A DNA stretch of 64,000 nucleotides from Amoebophrya sp. A120 (Eukaryota; Protista; Dinoflagellata): positions 3,160,437-3,224,436 of the forward strand of contig CAJINV010000006.1 of the NCBI GenBank assembly GCA_905178155.1, given 5' to 3'. The translations under genes and the position numbers were made by a program. Each line of letters starts with the position of its first letter. The stretch's first letter is position 1. Of this stretch, positions 47,701-57,774 are shown piece after piece. The notes beneath the pieces were generated by a model. It ran no database searches. It worked only from the letters and a program-made list of their open reading frames with translations, and was not told where the DNA came from.

Positions 47701-50700
47701 ACAAGGACCCAAGGTCGTGCTGACAACTTGACACCCAGAACAGCACATAGACCACCACAACGTGACAACAGCAGCAGAAACCGCACAGGAGCAGGAGGAG
47801 TTACGTCCTCTACGAGAGCAGCAAGACGAGGCAAAATGAACAACACCAACAAGAACTCTGCGACCACGCCGCGAACTGAATCTGAATACGCGATTATTGA
47901 AACCCGAAAAGACCATAGCTTGATGGTGGACAGGATCTTGACCAGGTGGATGGCGGCGCAGGCGATTGAAGCAGAGTTGTGGATGAAAGGTCGTGTCAAG
48001 ACTGCAGCGGAATTGAAGGAGATTAATGAGGACTTTTGGAAACACCAGATCCTGAAGTGTAGTGACGATGTGGATTTGGTTTTATCGACAGGTGGCGGAA
48101 ATAAGAACAACAACAATAACTTTCGTTCGGAGTGTTCGAAAAGCAGCAGCAGCTCCTCCTCTGCTGCCTCGAGCTCCGATGAGCATGAAAACGAGGTTGG
48201 TGGAAAAAAACCGGCAACAATTCCAATACCGATTTTCACGCCGAAAAACAACAACGCCGAAGGTAAAAATGATATCGGCGTGGTGGATGCAAAGGTGAGC
48301 AAAAAGTTGCCGAAAAATTGCTGTCAGTTTCCGTTCGAGGAGGAGGAGGATACCAACAGGAGGAGAAAGAGCTATGCGTTGCAAATATGTCTGGGTCTGG
48401 AAGACAGTATACTTGTGATGCTAAGTCTACTACACCCTGTAAAAATCTGTGTTGCATTACTGCCACCAGTTCTTGTCCACTTTTGACCAAGTTAAGAGGG
48501 AGTTTCTCATGCAGGACAGGCATGATCGAGATCATCGCACAGAATCTGTCATGCCAGGAGGTCCTGCACTGCAGACCTCGTGGGTCATGGAAAATCTGCA
48601 TGACAAGCTTCCACGCTTCCAGACGGCCTAGACGTAATTGCATTTGATAAGAGCCTCGACTTCACCATGGGCATGTTTTTGTCGACCGAGTTCAAGGAAA
48701 CGAAATATGTCGTCGGCAGTGCTGATTACGCGGCCCGATTGCACGGGGGTTTGCCCGACAACTGGTATCTTGTGTTCGATAACAAGAAGCCAATCGTCGA
48801 AGACATGTGGTACTACTACAACCCCATCACGCAGGACAAGAGACCTCTGGATGAGCACCCGGCAGGAGGTGGAGAGGTGGAGGAAAACGAAAAGAGCAGC
48901 TCGGAACAAGCACCAGTGGTGGCTCCTGCTGCGGCGCCGCAGGAGGTGCATCAATTTTGCCCGGAGCAGCAGCTTAAGAGCAAAACCAGCATCCGCGAGA
49001 CGAGAACAACCACACAAGACGCCGAAGATGCCCCAGGTCGTTCTGTTGCGGATACTACAGCAAGAACAAAACCAGCACCACTTCTATCCGATGCAGACTT
49101 AGCCCGCAGGACTTGGATCTGTGAGTACGTGAAACAGCTGGACCACAGCGCGCTGCTCGAGTGGAAACTGAAGTACATGAAAATTGTTCGGAGGGAGGAG
49201 TTATTGATCCGGCAGAGCAAGGTCGCGAGCAGTGTACATCAAGCAGCAGCTGCGGTGGCTGCTGCATATGGTAAAGAAAGTAGAGAAAACTTTACTACAA
49301 ATAAAACCATCCCCGTAGTCCTAACACGACCCGCAACCGCCACGACGGCATATCAAATGTAAAAGTGTCTGGGTCTGGAAGAATGCAACCTGTCATGCTA
49401 AATCTGAAGCATGCAAAAATCTGTGTTGCATGATTACCAAAAGTCGTCCACGTTTGAGCAAGTCGGGAGGCAGTTTCTCATGCAGGATAGGCATGAGAGA
49501 GATCGCACAGAATCTGTCATGCTAGGTTCTGCATTCCAGACCTCATGGGTCATGGAAAAGCTGCATGACAAATCGCGCACTCTTCCAGACCCAGACACTT
49601 CTGCACTTGATACGGCAGCCAGCGGGACCACAACTTCAGGGGGCAATAAAACTTCACGGTCTGGCTCTGCCAGTTCTTCCAGTAGCAGTAGCGGCACTTT
49701 TTCTAGTAGCAGCTCATCTGCGTTGTCTTCCGCTGCGCCTGCGTCTATGATTAACACACGCGCGACCACTTCTCAAGTTCCTCATTCTCAACGACCTTCT
49801 ACACAGCAAGAACATCAAGCAGTGGTATATTCCAAAGCCGCTTCGGTGCTGCTGTCCCGCGAACAAGCTGCTGCGAAGAACGCCGCGCCCCCCGGGAACA
49901 GTAGTACAGCGACTTCTGCTTTCTCCTCTGTAATTCTAAAGCCACCACCGACAAAAAGGCGAAAGGTGGAACCATCAGGGGACGACGGAGCAGGTGGGAA
50001 AAAAATAATCATCGCTAAAAATAAGAATACAACTACGACAAGAACAGATTCGGTGAAAACAAATGGCAGTAGCATTGCCGCGACGAGGTCGAGGACTTCA
50101 AAACTTTTGTCTACCTGCTCCAGCATGACAGATTTTTTCCAGAAGTCACACGCCCGAATGATGAGCCGAGGGATCATGAGTCGGCAGAATAGTGTAGAGG
50201 CTCCGGCGAAGAATAGTGATGCTGATGGACAAGAACTAGAGGGTGTACAAGTTGTAGCACCTCCACCATCTGCGCTAGTCCTAAGTAGAGCGCCAGCTGC
50301 TGTTGACGATAGAAATTCAAGTGTTTCCGAAAATAAAACTGCTGATGGTGTTCCAGCATTCGCTCCTGCAGGAGCAGGAGCTTCTCAAGCAGATTCGTCT
50401 CAGCAGCAGCCTATTCCTCCAGTTCGGATGAAAAAGAGAAGAAGATCGAGCTCCTTTCCCGCCGAGAATGTTGGTAGGCACGATCTGAATCAGCAGGGCG
50501 AACGAAATGAAGAACACAGAAGTTTTGATATCAACAGAGCCGCAGCTACTGAGGCAGTGCAGCTTCCGCCGGGAATAAACGTTCTTCACAAGAGCTCGGC
50601 TTCTGGAAAAGAAAACACAACACTTTTGGAACAACAGCAGCACTACGCCCGGCAAACCCAAAGCGTTGCTGACCACGCAGCGAAAAATCAGGAACAGCAG

Positions 50701-52355
50701 TTGACTGCACATCAGAAGTTCACTTCGGTGCAACACGCCCAAGCATCTTCCTCTATTTCGTCCTCCTCCTCTGGCGAGCAAGCTGTAGGGGCATCAAATA
50801 CGGTACTAGCGGCTCCTACTAGCTCAACATCATTCATTCCTGCAAGAAGAATTACAACAACAGATCAAGATGAAGACAAACTGGTCCCCTTCCAAGAAAA
50901 GTTCCAGGTGAAAGCCAGTGTTCTCAGCCGCAGGCAGGCGCTGATAAACCGGCATCGGGAGAAGAAACTGTGGGCCGAAGCAGGAGAGCGACAAGTTGTA
51001 GAACATTGGTCGGTATCAAATGCAAATATGTCTCCTGGGTCTCGAAACTTGTGATGCTAGAATGTGGATGATGGAAACAGCTCGTCCGACTGCTGTGTAG
51101 TAGCGCGAGAACTTTCCAGAACGCTTTCTCATAGGCTGCAATCCGCGTCAGAAACTCCGTGCTCGCATGTTTAAAAGAGGCTGCGACATTTGTTGGCTAT
51201 GCAATACTAATACAGATTTCCTAGGTATAATCGAAAGCTAGCATTACAAGTTCCAACCTTCCAGACCCAGACATATTTGCGTTGCATAGTCGGCCGCCTA
51301 TCAAGCAGATGTAGATGATCCCCGCTACCGCAGTTTCTCGAGGAACGACAAGAAAGACAAGGAGACAAGTCAAAGCGCCAGTGGTCAACAACAGAGTACT
51401 AGGGGGTCCTTCACCTTCGGCAGTCTTGCCGGATTACGAAGGGCGGAAGTTGTGAGCGAGCCTGTTCCTAATCCTACACGATCGACTTCTACTGGCACCG
51501 CAGCTGCTTCTTCTTCTACGACGAACGGCATGTTGCATACTGGTGTTGCAGCAGTAGGAGCAGTAGATACAACAACAGAAAACATAATCATAAACAACAA
51601 GCACCACAACAATACAACCGCTGTGCGCAGCAACATAGAAGACCGAAAGGACTACAACGATGTTGATCACATCGGCGATAAAAAGGCCGAAAAAGAAAGG
51701 AAAAAGCTGAAAAGAAGGAGCCGCTCTGGATCTGCGGTTATTGACAAAAAACTTCTTTACGACACGGTATTTGGTATTAGTATTACTAGCGACGAGCATA
51801 ATTTTATGCATGTGCACAACTCCACCTCGTCCCCCTCATTTGTCATGCAAAATGTCGAATGGAGGCTGTGCCGCTTAGCACTGTTTGCATGACAAGTTCT
51901 CAAAGCCCAAGTAGCACTACAACCTTGTGCAAATTTGTCATGCAAAACATGCATTCTCGCTCTCGCTGGCGTCGCGCTTTTATTGCCGTTTCTGCTATAC
52001 AAATGATGGGGAGCAGGGGAAGTTGTGCGCTATCATAAATTTCGATCAGGAGCAACCCGGTGTGGATTTCCGCGATAAGGACATCAGGCGCGGGAAAGTA
52101 GACAAGGATGTGGAACTACACAAGCACGCGGCCTTGATGGACCACACCAGAAAACGCGACGTCGCGGGAACCACTAGTACTAGAGAGCGGCGAGCCAGGA
52201 CAACGTCGAAGGACAAGATCATGAAGTACGACATCACTAAAGTCAGTACCAGATCAACATTGAAATCTTCCGAGAAGAAAGAAAAGAAAGCTCTGTATGA
52301 GTTGGCTAGTACTTCTACCAGAGGTACGCACAAACGAGGGCGGACGCAGCGGTAA
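41721..52355 (+). CDS. RluA-family RNA pseudouridine synthase with long C-terminal extension containing a WW-like motif; ~15 introns
   Basis: Spliced motifs FVVYKP, GLLHRLDRETSGCILVA (His codon 44196), KEYETLVHG, LQTGRTHQIRAQL, IVGDFCY, VFLHTGVLGW; WW-like LPDNWYLV..WYYYNPIT near 48750. Confidence 0.88.
41764..42033. mobile_element. Introner family C
   Basis: TIRs; DR GCAGA. Confidence 0.88.
42314..42621. mobile_element. Introner family G
   Basis: TIRs; DR ACGAG/ACGAA. Confidence 0.9.
42666..43613. mobile_element. Introner family E with ~0.77-kb nested GC-rich insert (~42760-43535)
   Basis: TATCCAAGAAAAAAACG...CGTTTTTTTCTTGGATA; DR GGCAC/CGCAC. Confidence 0.88.
43677..43912. mobile_element. 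Introner family B
   Basis: TIRs; DR CTTTC. Confidence 0.88.
44329..44529. mobile_element. Introner family D
   Basis: TIRs; DR CATCC; closely similar to 7697 copy. Confidence 0.92.
44754..45040. mobile_element. Introner family F
   Basis: TIRs; DR GGAGA. Confidence 0.92.
45194..45338. mobile_element. Introner family A
   Basis: TIRs; DR AGCAG/AGCGG. Confidence 0.9.
45405..45554. mobile_element. Introner family A
   Basis: TIRs; DR TGGAA. Confidence 0.92.
46006..46267. mobile_element. Introner family C
   Basis: TIRs; DR GGCAT/GTGAT. Confidence 0.85.
46450..46598. mobile_element. Introner family A
   Basis: TIRs; DR GAGAA. Confidence 0.92.
46744..46954. mobile_element. Introner family B
   Basis: TIRs; DR GTTAC. 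Confidence 0.92.
47222..47403. mobile_element. Introner family A
   Basis: TIRs; DR AGTAA/AGGAA. Confidence 0.85.
48373..48649. mobile_element. Introner family C
   Basis: TIRs; DR AGAGC. Confidence 0.9.
49351..49612. mobile_element. Introner family C
   Basis: TIRs; DR CGGCA. Confidence 0.92.
51014..51288. mobile_element. Introner family C (diverged interior)
   Basis: TIRs; DR GTCGG. Confidence 0.88.
51805..52037. mobile_element. Introner family B
   Basis: TIRs; DR AATTT. Confidence 0.88.
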
Positions 52356-53119
52356 ACTGCTTTTATTAAACGGGTGACGGTGAGCAGTTGAAGTTTTATT
52401 AGAACCGCTTTTGCATTTTCTGTGCAAGAAGTGCAGCAGTGGTCTCGAAGCACCCCAGGCGGCTCTCCCGGTTCCACTAAGTACAAATGAATAAAGAATG
52501 CCTGGTGGCGCCCTCCAAGAACATGTGACTCATTCCCATAATATTTTGCTTTTGTTTGCAAGCGACAACATTGATATACTAGCGTTTTCATATGATCAAA
52601 AATGAACACGCGCAACCGCAACGAGACTATCACTATCATGCGAAGAAGATTTATTTTCGCACGTCTGCGGATAGAGAAATGAAATGAGCGACGCAATAAA
52701 TGCAGCGTTTGACCATGACGACCACACGAGCACGACTAAGGCAATGACGATTGATGGGCGGGAAGATTGGAATAATGCCAGGTTTCCTTGTTCGAGCGTT
52801 GCGGCTGCACACTGGTGACGTGTTGGTCGCCTGCGCTGTGACAGTTAGCGGCTTTCTTGTTTTCATCTAAAAGAAGGATCGATCTAGATCTACATCTACT
52901 GCCTCTAGTGTCTTGGAAAAAGATGCGCTACAGCTACACGATCTCCAAAGTAGACGTTGCGAGTGAAGATGAAAACGCTGTTTGCTGTTTGACGTTTACC
53001 TCGAGCGGGGAAGTTGATGATGAGATTTGGTATACGTCGTTTCGTTTGTCGTCGGGAAGGAAGTAGTGCTTAAGTAATGGAATAAAGAAGACTGAGGTTG
53101 TTCTTGAGCTACTTGCAAG

Positions 53120-56100
53120 ATGGTCGCGCGAACAACCGCGGTTCTACGTTCCAATGCAGCCGGAATTGTAACAGGAGCCGGAACAGCAACTGGCTCAACC
53201 TCTTCGTCTGCAAATGCGGTAATGCTTGCGACGCGTAAAATAAGTCCGGCTTCCCCCTCAAGAACCTCCCAGCAGCAACTCCACCGAGCCGTGCACCGTC
53301 CGGAGGCCTTGCTAAACCCGTACTTCCTACAGAAGGAGAAACTACAGCTGAATCCGAGGCAGAAAGTTCTGTGGACGCATAATCCAGCAACCGGTGCTGG
53401 TGGTTCGATCCCCGCCGAAGTAAATGGCGCTGGTGGAGGCGGTGCCACCAGCACAGCTTCTAGTACTTCCAGCAGTAGCTCCTCTTCTTCCACACCCTCC
53501 GTCTCAAACCTGGATTTAGCTCTGCTCACCAATCGGGGCCTGCGGAAGCAAACCATGGAAAATATCGTGAATCTGCTCGGGTCCGACCTGGGCAGGCTAC
53601 TGCTTTCCATCCCGAAAAACATCGGCCCGGAGCGGGCGTTCGTGGCGTACAAGCGGTTTTTGGTAAACAAGATCAACTCGGAGGCCTCGGTTGACAGCCC
53701 AGGTGGAGCTCTTTCTGCCCTTCAACAAAGCAAATTGAAAGCGGTAGAAAGTTATGCATTGCAAAAGGAAAAGCATCGTACTAGTAGTTTAAATTGCATC
53801 ACAAATTTTGGCAAGGAGGAAAGTGGAATCTGTAATGCTGTTTTGTCACAGGAAGAACATTTGTCATGCATATTTGCCATTTTGTACGAGTGCGATAGTA
53901 CTTTTGGACAGGATAAAAGTATGACGTTTCAAACTTTCGAGGAAGAATACCGGAAGATTATGCCGATGGTGATATCCTGAGCAAAAACATCCCCACCCCA
54001 GAGTCAAGATGGGGATCTCGCAACACAAATCGAGAAGTTTTGGGAGTCAAGCATGACAAGTTCGTCTCTGTATTGTAGTGCAGGATAGCAAATAGAGCCG
54101 CAATGCAAATCCATCTACTCATCTTGTTTAGAGCATTACAAAGTCCAAAACAAGATTGAAAATTCCTCTCACGGGGATGCGCATTACAAATCTTCCTGTG
54201 ACTGGAAATCTGCATGACAAATCTGGGGTGGGGACGTTTTTACTCAGGATAGGTCAAGTGGGAACGACAGAAACGGGTCGATCGGAACCACCGGAAACGA
54301 CTCAAGCCGCATCTGCTGCGTCGAGGAAATCAGCATTTGAAAATCAACGAAACCGCGTTCGTGACGCCAGAATTTGCCGAGGTAAATGATTTTTACGAAA
54401 AGGGCGTGAATCACTTAGGCGGTGGCGGTACTAGCAGTTCAGCATCCACCACTGGCGGTTCGTCGTATTCGAAATGTGGTGTGTGCCGAAGCTCTCTATC
54501 GCAAGAAAAAACTGTTTCACTGTATTAAACTTGTGATGCGGAGAATGCAACACAGACGCATTTGTCTTGCGAGTACACATGTAAGGCATTGGGTTTATCA
54601 ACGTGTTTTCCCTTATAAAGTACGCATAGCAAGTTTCCTTCGTCATGTGTAATGTAATGCAAAACTTGTAATGCAAAACTGGCAAAATCCTTACTTTACA
54701 GTGAGACAGCTTTTTCTCGCGATGCTCTCTGCTCTTCGACTACTATCTAGCAGAAAGCTACGCACAGCGGTACAATGCTGCAGATGCGATTTTAGAAGAG
54801 CAGCAGCAGGACAATATCACAGCGCAGTCGACGTTTATTAGTTCTTCCGTCACAGCTATCCTGTGCAAAAGTATCCTACTCGTACTAATTGCGTTATATG
54901 CATTACAAGTCTTTTTCTTAAGGCAAATCCGCATTACAAATTTAATTTGTGATGCCAAGTCAGTTATTTGTAATGCAAGTTATACTAGTACGATGCTTGT
55001 GCAATGCATAATAGGCAAGACAACTTCAGCTTCAAGCTCTTCCTTCCAGAAAAATATCGCAGCCGCTTTCCGGGACGAGTATTTGGATAGTGTGCGGCCG
55101 ATATCCAATTCAAATATGTCTGGGTCTGGAAGAATGCAAGTTTGTCATGCTTGTCTCACATGCCTCTTGCGCCTGTAATGCGTGAGCCGGAAAATAAGAG
55201 CCTCTTGCCTGTCATGCAAAAATGTAGTTTGTCATGCGGAAAGCGAAACACAAAGGAGCCCAGAAACTTGTCATGCATGGCTGCTTATTGCAATGTCCCC
55301 ACAATTCATAAATTAGCATCACAAGTTTCCAGACGTTCAGAGATATTTGCAATGCATAGCCGGTGCTCGGGAATGAACTGTCCGACTGGAAAACGCCGGC
55401 CATGTATGCAAGAGAAATAAAACTGTGTAATAGTTGTCGTTGTGTAACTCTGTAATGCAAAGCATGCAACACAGCCACACTTGTCTCATGCTAGCCAGCC
55501 ACGAGATCCTATTTCGTCTGATGTTATGTACTAGCTGCGCATGACAGGCTTTCTGTGTCATGCAGAACAGATTTGTCATGCTGTCATTCTCATTCCACAA
55601 GAGGACCTGCTATAAGTACACTAACGCAGGTTTATTCCTGCTGCATATCATGATGAAGAAATCTATTCTCACCAAGATCCTGAACTCTTTCACGAGGAAC
55701 AAAATCGAGAAATCCGTTGTGGAAAAAATTGTCGACAATGCAGCGATGAAAAGCATGATTTCCGGCCGTTTAACCGCGGACCTCCCACCAGAGGTCCTTG
55801 AGCCGGTGTTCTCTTTCAACGGGAACCAAAGCTGGAGCTTCGATCCCCGGGAAAGGGTGCGAATTCAGTTGGAAAATGTAGAGGGGAAGTTGGACGAGTT
55901 ATGAACTGCAAAAGCACCGTACTTAGTAGTGATTGCAAGACAAATTTCCTCAGCATTAGAAGTGGAATTTGTAATGCGAGTTGCCCTTAGCATCTGGATT
56001 TGTAATGCATAACTGCAATTAGTACGAGAACGAGTACGATGCTTTTGCATTGGATACGAATTACTGGCTGACGATTTGTGTCATCATGATGCACAGGAGA

Positions 56101-56844
56101 TGACGAGCAGCAGGACTGCAACTTCTACCAAAAATGATAATGATCCTCATCATCTTCATCGCGGCGTAGAAGAATTAGCACCTGTCACCACCCCAAACAG
56201 CACCACCTTCCCCTCCCTCTCCCCGGAAACCCGTGGCGAATTGCTCGGCAGCTACAAGTTCGGGAAGCCGCAGGTGAAATCGGAACGAGTCCTCAATACG
56301 CTTCGTTACCCGACGTTGCAAAGCGTGGCGAATCGGTTACCGGAGGACAAAGCCTACCGCAGTCACGTCTGGTCGGTGATTAACATTCTGGAACGGCAGA
56401 AAGGCTGGACGTTCGCGGACAAAATTCGGGCGGTGCAGACTTTGAAAGAGGTGTACTACAATCTGAAGAAGTCCAGCTACTGGCGCATATCCTGTGCAAC
56501 AGTATCGTAAATTCGTACTAATTGCAATCTTGCATGACAATAAATCTCCCTCCCCAAAGGCGACTCAGCATTACAAATGTCACTTCTCAAGGCGGGAAAA
56601 TTTGTGATGCAATTTTTACGTAGTACGATAGTTTTGCAATGCATAGTGCCGGCGGATCGACAAGAAGTTACCTTTAATGTGTCCGTCGAAACGGGAGCGA
56701 AAGAAGTACGGGCACGGACACAAGTCGAAATACGTGCAGCAGGTGAATGGGGGAAGTATGGACAAGAGTTACAAGCGCCGAGTGTTGTTCCGGAGGTATC
56801 GGAGCTTGTGTCGCCTGCCTTGCAAAAGGATTGACTTGGATTGA
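53120..56844 (+). CDS. Gene 6: hypothetical protein, possible mitochondrial targeting N-terminus; ~8 introns
   Basis: Globular-looking exon LRYPTLQSVANRLPEDKAYRSHVWSVINILERQKGW; last junction gives WRRRIDKKLPLM..., stop 56842-44. Confidence 0.7.
53753..53915. mobile_element. Introner family A (in-frame, stop-free)
   Basis: TIRs; DR AAAGT. Confidence 0.88.
53973..54251. mobile_element. Introner family F
   Basis: TATCCTGAGCAAAAACATCCCCACCCCAGA...TCTGGGGTGGGGACGTTTTTACTCAGGATA; DR GGTGA/GGTCA. Confidence 0.92.
54497..54724. mobile_element. Introner family D (opposite orientation to 7697 and 44329)
   Basis: TIRs (ends GATG); DR CTCTC. Confidence 0.88.
54857..55010. mobile_element. Introner family A
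   Basis: TIRs; DR ACAGC/ATAGG. Confidence 0.84.
55102..55358. mobile_element. Introner family C
   Basis: TIRs; DR GCCGA/GCCGG. Confidence 0.88.
55900..56056. mobile_element. Introner family A
   Basis: TIRs; DR CGAGT/CGAAT. Confidence 0.88.
56488..56645. mobile_element. Introner family A
   Basis: TIRs; DR GCGCA/GTGCC. Confidence 0.84.
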
Positions 56845-57774
56845 AGAGAACGACTCTGTTTTGCAAAGAACGCAGGAAGGGTAATTCATTGCACCGTAAA
56901 GAAATCGACGACTGTAGTTCTAGTTGATGTACAAGTAGATAGCACAAATCCATCCCGAATACGATTTGCAAAGTTCTTCTTGGAGCCAAATCGTGAATTG
57001 CAGATGGTCTGGCAAGCACACTAGCGTGGTGCTCGCAAAGATGAGTAGATAATGAAGCATCGGGTAGTCTTGATTTGTCGTTGTGCGACCAGGACCACCA
57101 AGACCATGCAATATACGAAGTGGATTCTTCTTGCAATTTTGGAGAAAATTAAATCGGTACAGCCAGCAGTGCTTTGTGTCGTGATGTTAATAAATTCATC
57201 GGTGCTGATTAGTCGTCGTCGTCGTCGGTTTTCTTGCGTCAGAATGTTGTGGACACGACCACCATCTTCAGAAGCACAACGTGACTGAATAGCTCTCGGT
57301 GACTGAATGGTCATTCTCGGTTTGGATAGAGTTGCTTGCTTTTCTTATTCTTTCCCACATCGGTTACAAGTTCGTAGTACCAATCTTGGTGTCGGCGTCG
57401 CTTCTCATCACGTAAAAAAGATGACCGTGTGATAGTGATTTTCATCTTCGCATCGGTTGCTTCACTGAATCCGAAGCCTGGTAAGTTGCGAAAAAACTGC
57501 TGCTCGTCGTGGCGTTTACTCATATATCTAGAAGGCTATTTCGAATTCGAAACCGCCAACACAGCAAGTTTGTTTCAAGTTTGCACCCCCCCCCCCAACA
57601 AAGAAGATTTTTTCAAATCGTAAGCACTAAAAACCCTTGCTGGAGATGCGATAGTTTCTCAACCTCACTGCATTTGATGTCCTCCCTTTTGCTGACTACG
57701 TAGCAGATTTGCGTTATCTGAAAAATAATTCCTGTATGTAAACGAGAGCAACGACCTCGACAGCCGGTACTACT

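Noticed and set aside
7304-49617. Fixed target sequence, since CGGCA is the repeat at 7309, 32620 and 49351
   Set aside because: Other repeats are highly diverse; three recurrences among more than 80 sites in GC-rich exons is weak evidence.
24131-52355. Genes as transposon-riddled pseudogenes
   Set aside because: The exons I traced have no stops or frameshifts after precise element removal, and catalytic motifs are intact.
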